A stretch of DNA of 64,000 nt, taken from positions 17,443 to 81,442 of the forward strand of contig JAADDJ010000010.1 of NCBI GenBank assembly GCA_013153965.1, written 5' to 3'. Made by a program: the position numbers and the translations under genes. The stretch's first letter is position 1, and every line of letters begins with the position of its first letter. Below the pieces are notes generated by a model. The model worked only from the letters and a program-made list of their open reading frames with translations. It was not told the DNA's origin and searched no databases. This DNA comes from Thermotogota bacterium. GTDB taxonomy: Bacteria; Hydrothermota; Hydrothermia; LBFQ01. Shown here piece by piece: positions 47,658-56,819 of the stretch.

Positions 47658-48439
47658 TCGTAGCTCTCCTCGGGCGATGGGAAGTTCCCGTTGAGCACGT
47701 CTTCCCTGAACCTCTCCAAAGCCTCCTTCATGATCTCGTATCCGTTCAGGTATCTCCTGACGAATTTGAAGTTGAGACCCGGAATGAGGCCGAGGACGTC
47801 GTGGAAGACCAATATCTGTCCGTCCGTGTAGGGTCCGGCCCCTATACCTATCGTGGGTACCCTCAACCTCTCACTCACGTACTTGGCGCTCTCCGTGGGA
47901 ACCTTCTCAAGGACTATGGAGAATGCCCCCGCGTCCTGCAGGGCCAGGGCATCCTTTAAAAGCTCCTCCTTATCCCTACCCTGAAGGCGGAAACCCCCGT
48001 AGATGTTGAACTTCTGCGGGTTCATGCCTATGTGGCCCATCACGGGGATCCCGTAGGCGACCATCTTGGCCACCAGGGGGGCCACCTCCCTACCTCCCTC
48101 AACCTTCACGGCCGAGGCGCCGAGCTTCATGAACCTGCCGGCATTCTTGAGGGCCTCACTCTCCGAAGCCTGGTAGCTCATGAAGGGCATATCGGCGACG
48201 ACCAGAGCTCTCTTGACCACCCGAGCCACGACCCGCACGTGCATGGACATCTCCTCCATGCCTATGGGGAGGGTGCTGTCGTATCCGTGGATGACCATGG
48301 CGGCCGAATCGCCGACCAGAACCACGTCAAAACCGGCCGCATCGGCGAGGAGGGCGGAGGTGTAATCGTAAGCCGTTATGGCGGTTATCCTCCGCTCCCC
48401 CTTCATCTCAACGATGCTCTTGACCGTTATCCTCTTCAT
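47654..48439 (-). CDS. panB: 3-methyl-2-oxobutanoate hydroxymethyltransferase
   Basis: TAYD, LVGDS, DMPFMSY, VKVEGG, TIGIGAG, DGQILVFHD. Confidence 0.96.
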   Translation of the reverse strand: MKRITVKSIVEMKGERRITAITAYDYTSALLADAAGFDVVLVGDSAAMVIHGYDSTLPIGMEEMSMHVRVVARVVKRALVVADMPFMSYQASESEALKNAGRFMKLGASAVKVEGGREVAPLVAKMVAYGIPVMGHIGMNPQKFNIYGGFRLQGRDKEELLKDALALQDAGAFSIVLEKVPTESAKYVSERLRVPTIGIGAGPYTDGQILVFHDVLGLIPGLNFKFVRRYLNGYEIMKEALERFREDVLNGNFPSPEESYD

Positions 48440-48441
48440 CT

Positions 48442-49317
48442 TCACTCCCATCTGTACCTTACGACCGGTAGAGCCGTCTCCCTGCTCCACTGGGCGAAAC
48501 CACCCAGATACAGCCGGAACTTCTCACGGGGGTACCTCATGTGATCAAGCAGGAGCAGTCCGAAGGCAGCCTCACGGGGAGTATTCCCGTAGAGTACGTT
48601 TATCCTCGCGAAGTCAAAGTTCAGCTTGATTATGCTGTCAATCCTCGCGCTGTCGGCGAGGACGTAGTACATTCCGGACTTTCCCTTAACCCTCTTCAGG
48701 AAGAAGGTGAAGGGCAAATTGGTGGCCCCGGGAATGTGGCCCGTGCGACGATAGAAGGGGGGCGCTATGACACCGAAGTAGTACGCGGGCACTCTAAGGT
48801 CTATGAGTCGGAAGGAGGATTTCACGGACACGCCGGCGCTATCCTTGGATATCAGAGAGTCCAAGGGGATGAGGAAGCTGCTGTCGGGCCGAGCCTTGAG
48901 CCTTATCCGTCCCCGCAGGCCCCTCTTGTCGCTCGTTGGCTTCTGCGCGTCCAACCAAGCCTCGTAGCCACCGTTGAGGACGAATACCCTCTTGAAACCC
49001 AGGTGCTTCAGGACCATATACAGGGCGGCGACGTTGAGATAGTGGTAGGGAAGCTTGGCGGAGGAGTATATCAGAACGCCGTCCCCCTGCCTTATACCCA
49101 GCGATGAGATGCGCTCCACGAGGGTATCAAATGGAGGCATGTGGAACGGAATGCTATCCACGGCTATAAGGAAGGAATTCACCGGGAAATTCACCGCTCC
49201 GGGTATATGCCCCTCCTGATAGCTCTTGGGATCCCTAAGGTCTACCACGACCTTCGGCCTGACCTTGGAAAAATCGTTTGGGGATACGAAAACCGTACCG
49301 AGCAAACCGACGAGCAT
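48442..49317 (-). CDS. Tandem-domain rhodanese-fold protein lacking Cys
   Basis: DLR...Y..GHIPGA twice, LNGGYEAW, LYLGGFAQW. Confidence 0.85.
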   Translation of the reverse strand: MLVGLLGTVFVSPNDFSKVRPKVVVDLRDPKSYQEGHIPGAVNFPVNSFLIAVDSIPFHMPPFDTLVERISSLGIRQGDGVLIYSSAKLPYHYLNVAALYMVLKHLGFKRVFVLNGGYEAWLDAQKPTSDKRGLRGRIRLKARPDSSFLIPLDSLISKDSAGVSVKSSFRLIDLRVPAYYFGVIAPPFYRRTGHIPGATNLPFTFFLKRVKGKSGMYYVLADSARIDSIIKLNFDFARINVLYGNTPREAAFGLLLLDHMRYPREKFRLYLGGFAQWSRETALPVVRYRWE

Positions 49318-49341
49318 ACCGCTATTCTACGGGGGAGGGAG

Positions 49342-50865
49342 TCATCTAACCATCACGCGCACATACCCTCCGTCCATCTCAATCAGGTACATCCCTGATC
49401 TCAACGGAATGAACCCCTCGCCCACCTTCAGGAGCCTGCCATCTACGGTGAATATCCTGACCCTCCGGTCCACCTCCACGCCGCCATCCATCACCCTCAA
49501 GCGGGAAGGGACCTCCCTCCGCTCCGATACGGCCGTAAGGAGATACCCGTCAAACCAAACGCGATCCTCCGCGTACTCCCTGTAGGCGACGCATCCTCCG
49601 CCCAGGTTGTAGCAGTAATCCACCCGCGCCCCGAATTGGGTGGTTCCGTTGTGGTCGTTTATCGTTATCAGGCTGTCCCAGCCGGTGGCGGATGCGGAGT
49701 GCGCGTACATAACGCTGTCCCACGATGCCCCCACGAAGGTGGCCACGAATCTGAAGGATGAGATGTGCCTATCCCTATGAACGTACGGATAGGCCATGTA
49801 GTTCCCCGAGGGATAGGCGAAGTTGGTGGGAGGGAAAGGCGAGGGGGATCCCCACGTGGCCCCGCCGTCGGAGGATGTGATGTAATGCACGTCCCACACG
49901 TTGGTACTCACGTGTCTGTTGGCCCACAGGGCCACCACCTCCTGCGAAGAGGAGGCACCGGTACCGGCCGTTATTGAGACCTGACGGGCCGTATCGGGAA
50001 GGGCCACAACGGATATGTTGGAGGCGGAGATGCTCGGGAGGTCAAAGGTTATCAGCCACAGGCTCGTATCCCCCCTAACGTACGCCTGATAGCCCCTACC
50101 GCTGTCGGAGAGATATACCGACGTCCAGAGGGTGCTGTCGTTGGCCAACAGCATGCTCCAAGTCAGACCCGAATCGGTTGATATCCCCCTGACGACTGCC
50201 CCGGCGTCGGTGATGTAAGTCATGGCCACATGACCATCGTTATTGACCGACAGAGCCGGGAGAGATGCGGTATCGGCGGAGGTAATCTCCACCCAATCCC
50301 AGGTGCTGAGATCCCGCCTTATCCTGCGCAGGTATATACCCTCTCCGACCGTCCAAGCCGACGAGGAGTCCCAATCCACGACCACGTATATCCAAGGATT
50401 GCTCCCGGGACCCACGGCTATATCCACCCCCCTCGGATCAAAGCGCCCGATCACGTCCATCTCGGGGATGCGCACCCAAGTTCTTCCGTCCGTGCTACTC
50501 CACATCTCCACAGTATCTTGACCGCTCGTATTTCCAGTCATGAGGACGGCTACGAAGATCTCGCCATCGTCGGCCACATCCATGGCGATACCTACGGGGA
50601 ACCCCGGGTAAGGCTCCCCTCTTACCAGAGCATCGCTGCCCCACAGCGGGGTAAATGGAGCGTAGGCCCCCTCTCTCTCCTCCGGAATCTCTCCCGAGGG
50701 GGGTAGGGGATGATACCCCATATCGCTCACGGGGTCGGGGAGGGCGCGTATGACGTTGGCTCTCCTATGGTCGTCCCCGATGAAGGATATGCTCTTGGCA
50801 CCTTGACGTGCCACATCGCCGGCATCGGCGATTCCGTTCGCGTTTATATAGAAGACTATCCACAT
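49342..50865 (-). CDS. Secreted beta-propeller/Asp-box protein with T9SS-type CTD
   Basis: Asp-boxes SSTDGRTW, STDSGLTW, SSDGGATW; C-terminal IFTVDGR...SGMYL...RVMVR. Confidence 0.75.
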   Translation of the reverse strand: MWIVFYINANGIADAGDVARQGAKSISFIGDDHRRANVIRALPDPVSDMGYHPLPPSGEIPEEREGAYAPFTPLWGSDALVRGEPYPGFPVGIAMDVADDGEIFVAVLMTGNTSGQDTVEMWSSTDGRTWVRIPEMDVIGRFDPRGVDIAVGPGSNPWIYVVVDWDSSSAWTVGEGIYLRRIRRDLSTWDWVEITSADTASLPALSVNNDGHVAMTYITDAGAVVRGISTDSGLTWSMLLANDSTLWTSVYLSDSGRGYQAYVRGDTSLWLITFDLPSISASNISVVALPDTARQVSITAGTGASSSQEVVALWANRHVSTNVWDVHYITSSDGGATWGSPSPFPPTNFAYPSGNYMAYPYVHRDRHISSFRFVATFVGASWDSVMYAHSASATGWDSLITINDHNGTTQFGARVDYCYNLGGGCVAYREYAEDRVWFDGYLLTAVSERREVPSRLRVMDGGVEVDRRVRIFTVDGRLLKVGEGFIPLRSGMYLIEMDGGYVRVMVR

Positions 50866-50945
50866 AACCGTCCGATTTTAACGCCCCACGTTCGCAGGCG
50901 CCGATGCAGGAGCCGTCGCAGAGAGCGGAATTTAACGTCCAGATT

Positions 50946-52325
50946 TCAGGAGATTTTTACCGCCGAGATCAGAGCGTTGAAGCGGTGGAGATCAAATACC
51001 ATTCGGCCCTTTTCAGCCTTCTCACGAGCCTTGGCCATTCTCCCCTCCATGCAGAGGCGCAGCAGGTGCTCCACATTGAATGGAAGGAGAATTCCGACAT
51101 CCCACAGGAGGAGAGCCTTGGATATCCTTCCCTGCACGCCCATCCCACCGCTCAACCTCACCACCTCGGCGAGGAATCTGCGGGTCCCCGGAGTGTCGCT
51201 TCCGGTGGCGTGGTAAAAGGCCATGAAGTAGTTGTAAGCTATGTCGGCGGCTGCTATCCCCCGGAGGCTCGCGTAGGCCTCGTGTATGCCGCTCAAGGCG
51301 TTTCGTCTGTAGCCGAGTATAATCCGGGCCGCCCCCCTGTATATGGCAGTGAAGAGTCGGCCCATGGGAGAGCCGAGCATTCCCACCTCCATCCGCAAGA
51401 CCTCCCGGAAGGCTCCGGTGTGAAGTTTCAGGAGCATGGAGAATAGGCTCGCCCCATCGCCCCTGAGGTCGGAGAGGGAGTACTTTGAAGCCTCCGAGTA
51501 TCGCCCCTGGGCCATGAGGAGCTCCAGAATGACCCTCTTGCGAAGACCCCTGTACCGTCTCATGCTCTCGGCTTTGTGGCGCAATCGGACGAGGATTCCC
51601 TTTAGATCATCGGGCTCCCCGAAGATCAGGGCCAGCATCCCGGCGAGGGCCGAATACTTTAGAAATAGCGGCGTGGGGAGGTCCAAATACTTGCCTCGTA
51701 GGGAGTTCAGAAGGGAGCGAGCCTCACGCCATCGGGCGTTGAGCATCAGAAAGCGTATGTACATCTGCGCAGCGTGATAGTACGCCAGCAGATCCCCCTG
51801 CGAGAGGGCGGATTTCATCACATCCCCGTACATGGCGTCCAGACGATGACGGTATGACGGGTCGTAGGTGCGACTTCCGAGGTCGTATATGCGCAGCATC
51901 GGCGTTATCATCTCGGTGGGTAGGGAGTCTATCACACCCAAAGCCTCATCCGAGAGGGGCAATATCTCCAGAAGGGCCACGGCGGAACGGTAGTCCCCCT
52001 CCCTTATCAGGCCCCGTACTATCCGGTACCCCTCATGCACCTCCTCCGGCTCCCCCTCGTGAAACATCATCCCCAATATCTGGGACACGTATCCCCGGCT
52101 CAATCCGCAGGCCTCGGCGCACTCCTTGCCCGTGGCGAAGGGATTCCTACGAATGTACTCCCGAACCTTCAGATACCCCTCCGGGAATGGGGTGGGCCGC
52201 CGCAGGATGCGGGAGACGGCCCCGAGGCTCCTGCCCGTCGCTTCGGCTATCTCTCCGACCGACATTCCCCTACGATGCAGGAGTATTATCCTGTAGCGCT
52301 CTATCACCTTACCCCGGTTGATCAC
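50946..52325 (-). CDS. Double-HTH protein with helical/TPR-like C-terminal region (putative regulator)
   Basis: GMSVGEIAEATGRSLGAVSRIL and TGKECAEACGLSRGYVSQIL; GTG 7 nt after TAGAAT. Confidence 0.7.
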   Translation of the reverse strand: MINRGKVIERYRIILLHRRGMSVGEIAEATGRSLGAVSRILRRPTPFPEGYLKVREYIRRNPFATGKECAEACGLSRGYVSQILGMMFHEGEPEEVHEGYRIVRGLIREGDYRSAVALLEILPLSDEALGVIDSLPTEMITPMLRIYDLGSRTYDPSYRHRLDAMYGDVMKSALSQGDLLAYYHAAQMYIRFLMLNARWREARSLLNSLRGKYLDLPTPLFLKYSALAGMLALIFGEPDDLKGILVRLRHKAESMRRYRGLRKRVILELLMAQGRYSEASKYSLSDLRGDGASLFSMLLKLHTGAFREVLRMEVGMLGSPMGRLFTAIYRGAARIILGYRRNALSGIHEAYASLRGIAAADIAYNYFMAFYHATGSDTPGTRRFLAEVVRLSGGMGVQGRISKALLLWDVGILLPFNVEHLLRLCMEGRMAKAREKAEKGRMVFDLHRFNALISAVKIS

Positions 52326-52332
52326 CTTTCCG

Positions 52333-52368
52333 ATTCTACGGGGGTTGGAGGCGGGCCATCCTTAAAAT
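52333..52368. promoter_or_regulatory. Back-to-back divergent -10 boxes
   Basis: Minus TAGAAT (52338-52333) 7 nt before GTG 52325; plus TAAAAT (52363-52368) 8 nt before ATG 52377. Confidence 0.65.
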
Positions 52369-52376
52369 CCCGAATC

Positions 52377-53087
52377 ATGGACCGATTCTTCGGTCGCATA
52401 GACGCAGGAGTTGCTGAGATTTCGGGGGAGGAGTTTCACCACCTCTTCAAAGTCATGAGAAAGCGGGTGGGCGATAGGGTCGGGGTGTTTGACGGTCGCA
52501 GGGAGTTCGTGGGCGAGATAGCGGAAATCTCCCCCCGGGAGGGTAGGGCGGTGGTGCGACTCAATCGGGAGCTTCCACCGATGCTTCCGCCGGTCCATAT
52601 CACCGTGGCCGTATCTCCACCGAAGGGGGGCCGGCTGGACGAGCTCATATCAAGGCTGGTTGAGATAGGGGTCTCGGCCATAGTGCCCATGCTGTGCGAG
52701 AGGACGGTGCGTCGCCCGAAGAAGCGGAAGGATAGATGGGGAAGGATCGTGCTTTCGGCCGTGAAGCAGTCCCGCAGGACGGACATACCGGAGGTCCTTC
52801 CGCCCATGAGCCTTCCGGATGTCCTTGAGGCTTTCGGCGATTACGAGGGGAAATTCGCCGGATTGATAGGGAGCGAAACTCCCCTGGTGAGGTTGGAGCC
52901 GCGCCCTCGCAACGTAATCCTCATAGGACCCGAGGGGGACTTCACTCCACGCGAGAGGGAGATGATCCTGAAGGCCGGATTCGTGGGCTTCTCAATGGGG
53001 AAGATAATACTGCGCGTTGAGACCGCCGCGATGGTGTCCGCCGCTTGCCTGCTTCAGAAGGCTTGGGCTAACGCACCTTCTTCTTAG
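52377..53087 (+). CDS. rsmE: 16S rRNA m3U1498 methyltransferase
   Basis: HHLFKVMR, VEIGV, AVKQSRR, IGPEGDF, ILRVETA. Confidence 0.93.
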   Translation: MDRFFGRIDAGVAEISGEEFHHLFKVMRKRVGDRVGVFDGRREFVGEIAEISPREGRAVVRLNRELPPMLPPVHITVAVSPPKGGRLDELISRLVEIGVSAIVPMLCERTVRRPKKRKDRWGRIVLSAVKQSRRTDIPEVLPPMSLPDVLEAFGDYEGKFAGLIGSETPLVRLEPRPRNVILIGPEGDFTPREREMILKAGFVGFSMGKIILRVETAAMVSAACLLQKAWANAPSS

Positions 53088-53877
53088 CCCTTGGATGGTC
53101 CGGGGCTATGCGAAGTATCTGCTGCCATATCCTCTTCGCCCCTTCGGGATCCCCCTGCGCCTCAAGGGCGAGGGCCTGTCGCTCCAACTTTATCAGGTGA
53201 AGGTACTTCTTGGCCAAGGTGCTCTTGGGATTCCGCTTGAGCTCCTTGCGGAGCATTCTCTCCGCCTTCGCGATGTTGCCCTCCTGAAAATAGACCTTCT
53301 TTATCTCGTCTTCGCTTAGAGCGTCTATGCTGAAGGAGGGGGGAGGCTTCCTCTCAACGTTGGGTTTTACCGTCGGGACCTTGGGGGTGGAGCGGGTGTT
53401 TGGAGTGGTGAGGTCTATGGTGGAGCTGAGGTCTATGGTGGGTACGGTAATCTGGCTCCCCGTGGAGGGGGTGGAGGGTGCCGCCACCTGCTGGGATGTG
53501 AGGTTTGGCTCAAGTGTCGTTCCACTTTTCTCCTGCGGAGTCGTCTGTGCTTGGGTCTGTACCACGCTCTCCTCTCCCTCCCCAACCTCCGCCACCTTCG
53601 CCGTGTCTTCCCGCGTCTTCGCCGTAATCTCCCGTCCTCCGCTCTCCGAGGGTTTGGGAGCCTCGCTCCCCTGCGTTGGGGAGGCTTCCTCCTGTGAGAT
53701 CAGCATCTTGGCAAGTTGGGCGGACTCTGGGATAGCCGCGGTGTCGGGGGGAGATTCCTCAACCGTCTCAAACTGCCTTTGCCTCTGAAGGAAGTAGAGG
53801 GCCGCTCCCACACCCAATCCCCCACCCACGACTGCTCCCAAAATTACCAGAAGAATCAAGATAAGGATCCGCCTCAC
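53068..53877 (-). CDS. Membrane-anchored protein with S/T/P/E-rich linker and C-terminal TPR
   Basis: N-terminal TM, low-complexity middle, TPR-like A...W..IL..AP.HP.A. Confidence 0.7.
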   Translation of the reverse strand: MRRILILILLVILGAVVGGGLGVGAALYFLQRQRQFETVEESPPDTAAIPESAQLAKMLISQEEASPTQGSEAPKPSESGGREITAKTREDTAKVAEVGEGEESVVQTQAQTTPQEKSGTTLEPNLTSQQVAAPSTPSTGSQITVPTIDLSSTIDLTTPNTRSTPKVPTVKPNVERKPPPSFSIDALSEDEIKKVYFQEGNIAKAERMLRKELKRNPKSTLAKKYLHLIKLERQALALEAQGDPEGAKRIWQQILRIAPDHPRAKKKVR

Positions 53878-53898
53878 CGTACGTATTCTAAGGCCGGT

Positions 53899-54759
53899 TC
53901 AGAAGTTCGCCCTCGGAATCATCCAATCCTCAAGTTTCTCCGAGATTACGGAGGTGCCCTCCATAAGCTGCTTCCAGATGTTCCTCTTCTCCTTGCGCTT
54001 GATGAAACGGATCTTCTTCACACCCGCCTCCCTCTTGAGAATCTCAAGGGCATCGTACTTAGTTCCCAACGTATCCACCAGTCCCCACCTAAGGGCCTGC
54101 TCCGCCGTCAGGATCCTGCCGTCGGCTATGGGCATGAGCTCCTCGGGAGACTTCCCGCGGCTCTCGGCCACGCGATTTAGAAAGACCTTCCAAATCTCCT
54201 TCGCCAACTCCGTGAGCAGGAGACTATCCTCCTCCGTGCGCTTTCTGAAGGGCTGGGTCAGGTCCTTATTCTTACCCGACTTGTAAATATCCCAAGAGAC
54301 GCCCACCTTCTTGGACAGCTCGGTGATCTCGGGGATGATGATTATGGCCCCTATGGAGCCCGTGAGCGCCGCGGGGTTGGCCACTATCTTATCGGCGGCG
54401 GATGCGATGTAGTATCCCCCCGACGCCCCTATGGAGTGTATGTATGCTATCACCTTTTTGCCCTTACTCCGGGCGAGCTTCAGCACCTGATACATGGCTT
54501 CGCTTGAGGCCGCGCTCCCTCCCGGGCTGTTTATATAGACGAAGACGGCCTTTATGCGATTCCTCTTATCCTTGCGAAGTTTCTCATACACCCAATCGGT
54601 TAGATCCGGAATCTTCTTGTCGTCAATATTCTCGTCTATCGGGACGTAGAGGACATTCCCCAAGGTTATCACGTTCGTTCTTACGACTATCCGAAGTATC
54701 AGGAGAATTCCACTAAGGAGCGCCACGAACACCAACAGCCAAAACCAGACGTTCTTCAT
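53899..54759 (-). CDS. sppA: Signal peptide peptidase SppA (S49, short type)
   Basis: INSPGGS, GASGGYYIA, TGSIG, KSG..KD, ADGR..TA.QA...GLVD. Confidence 0.93.
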   Translation of the reverse strand: MKNVWFWLLVFVALLSGILLILRIVVRTNVITLGNVLYVPIDENIDDKKIPDLTDWVYEKLRKDKRNRIKAVFVYINSPGGSAASSEAMYQVLKLARSKGKKVIAYIHSIGASGGYYIASAADKIVANPAALTGSIGAIIIIPEITELSKKVGVSWDIYKSGKNKDLTQPFRKRTEEDSLLLTELAKEIWKVFLNRVAESRGKSPEELMPIADGRILTAEQALRWGLVDTLGTKYDALEILKREAGVKKIRFIKRKEKRNIWKQLMEGTSVISEKLEDWMIPRANF

Positions 54760-54769
54760 GACGGGTATT

Positions 54770-55837
54770 TTAATCCTGTAAGGTGCGTCCCGCCTCTACA
54801 TCACTCAAAATTCTCCTGAATTTGGCGTATATCGCATCACGACCGTAGGGGACGACGAGCCTTCGGAGGGATGGGTCCTTGCCCGCATCCAAGGCCTCCG
54901 ATATCCGACGGACGGCACCGTTGGGATCGTCGTAGAAGAGGACCTGTGGGAAACTCCTCTCAAAACTCCTCCAGCGGATGGATACCACGGGAAGACCCAC
55001 GGCGAAGTACTCCAAGACTTTGTTGGGGAAATCCATGGCCTCTATCAGGGGTGAGAGCTTGAAGGGAATTATGGCCGCGTCGCTGTGGCGCATGTACAGA
55101 TGCACCCGGGAGTGGGGTTTTCCCCCCAGCAGGAAGATGTTCTCGGGCAGGGAGGCCGGGACGGAGCGCGGAGGCCCGACTACGACGAAGGATACGCCGT
55201 TGAGGCGCCGGGCCGCGTAAATGAGCGTATCCCAATCAAACCACTCGGATATGGCCCCCACGTATATGACCCTCGGATGGGGTATCCCTCTAAGCTCCTC
55301 CGGCTCGGGGAAATTCCCGTCGGCTGGGAAGAGCTCCAGATCTATGGGGTTGGGAAGATAGACCGCCTTCCGATGCGGGAGACCTTCAAGCAGGCTCCTG
55401 TGGGCCACGAGGATGACGTCGCTCCTCTCCACGAATCTCCTCTCCTCCTCCAAGATGACCTTAGGGACGCCGAAGCCCGAGAGTAGGTCGTTCAGGCGGT
55501 ATATCTTCACCTTCGCCTTGACCCTGTTGGCGAAGTAGAGGAGAGGACTGGCATCCGTCATTAGAACGTCCCACTCTCGCCTCAACCCCCCGTAAGGTTG
55601 GAGACGGTAGGTCATATCCCAGAGCCATCGCCATCTCATCCAACGGTTCGGAAGGGGACGTATCATCCGGTGGGTTATTCCGGGGGCTCCCCGCAGATAG
55701 GTTAGAGGATTCTCCAGATTGGCATGCTCAACCCGGTACCCCATATCCATCAGAAAACGGGCGAACTTGAATATCCCCACATCCAGCACACCGTTCCACC
55801 GGTTGGGAGATAGAACCAATGCCTCCTTGGACCTCAA
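54770..55837 (-). CDS. GT-B glycosyltransferase (GT4-like)
   Basis: LPN.ID...F, YVGAI..WFD, P.KVLEYFAVGLPVV. Confidence 0.85.
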   Translation of the reverse strand: MRSKEALVLSPNRWNGVLDVGIFKFARFLMDMGYRVEHANLENPLTYLRGAPGITHRMIRPLPNRWMRWRWLWDMTYRLQPYGGLRREWDVLMTDASPLLYFANRVKAKVKIYRLNDLLSGFGVPKVILEEERRFVERSDVILVAHRSLLEGLPHRKAVYLPNPIDLELFPADGNFPEPEELRGIPHPRVIYVGAISEWFDWDTLIYAARRLNGVSFVVVGPPRSVPASLPENIFLLGGKPHSRVHLYMRHSDAAIIPFKLSPLIEAMDFPNKVLEYFAVGLPVVSIRWRSFERSFPQVLFYDDPNGAVRRISEALDAGKDPSLRRLVVPYGRDAIYAKFRRILSDVEAGRTLQD

Positions 55838-55847
55838 GGTTGTGATT

Positions 55848-56816
55848 TTACCGCGGGGCGCTCGCCTTACGGAGACGATTCATTATGGCCCTACCCAATC
55901 CCACTTCGGGAACGGGCATGACGGCTATCACCTCGTACCCCTCGCGGTCCGCCTCGTAGAGTGCGCCGAATAGATTGGCTGCCACCTCGCCCATATCCCC
56001 CCTCTCCGAGAGGAATCTAACATCCCCCTCCACGCCGTGGAGAGGTCGGGGAAGCAGGAGTAGGACCCTCCCATACATCGCCCGGAGCCGATAGTACTCC
56101 TCCCACGAATTGACGATGATAACCCTCGTCCTCGGCGCGTAGTGGCGTTTGAGCATCCCGGGGGCCATGACGTCGGACTCAGAGGGTAATTTCAGGGGAC
56201 GGCCCAAGACCCGCTCCACCTCCTCGGCGGGGAGACCTCCGGGCCGAAGGAGAAACGCGTCATCACCCCGAAGGGCCACGATTGTGGATTCCACCCCTAT
56301 GGACGTTCTTCCCGCGTCCAGTATCACATCAACCCTGTCGCCCAAAGTTTCGGCCACCTGACGGGCGGAGGTGGGACTGACGTATCCGAAGGGGTTGGCG
56401 CTCGGTGCGGCTACGGGTACGCCGGCTAAGGATATGAGTCTGAGGGCTACTGGATGGGAGGGCATGCGAACGGCGACCGTCGGAAGCCCCGCGGTGGTTA
56501 TGGGAGGGACCGCGTCGCTCTTGGGGAGCACCAGGGTGAGGGGTCCGGGCCAGAACTCCGACATGAGGGCTTCGGCCTCGGGAGGCAGGCTCTCAACCAA
56601 ACGATGAACGTCCTCGCGCGAGGCCACATGCACTATGAGGGGATCAAAGGAGGGACGTCCCTTAACCTCGTATATCCGGGCTACCGCCCGAGGATCAAGG
56701 GCGTTGGCTCCAAGGCCATAAACCGTCTCCGTGGGGAAGGCTACCAACCCTCCCCTTCGCAGAATCTCGGCAGCCCGCCTTACGTTCTCCTCGGTAGCGG
56801 GGAGTAGATTCCTCAC
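55848..56816 (-). CDS. tsaC: L-threonylcarbamoyladenylate synthase, Sua5 type
   Basis: VAFPTETVYGLGA, KGRP..DPLIVH, FWPGPLT, AAPSAN, APGM...HYAP. Confidence 0.95.
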   Translation of the reverse strand: MRNLLPATEENVRRAAEILRRGGLVAFPTETVYGLGANALDPRAVARIYEVKGRPSFDPLIVHVASREDVHRLVESLPPEAEALMSEFWPGPLTLVLPKSDAVPPITTAGLPTVAVRMPSHPVALRLISLAGVPVAAPSANPFGYVSPTSARQVAETLGDRVDVILDAGRTSIGVESTIVALRGDDAFLLRPGGLPAEEVERVLGRPLKLPSESDVMAPGMLKRHYAPRTRVIIVNSWEEYYRLRAMYGRVLLLLPRPLHGVEGDVRFLSERGDMGEVAANLFGALYEADREGYEVIAVMPVPEVGLGRAIMNRLRKASAPR

Positions 56817-56819
56817 CTC

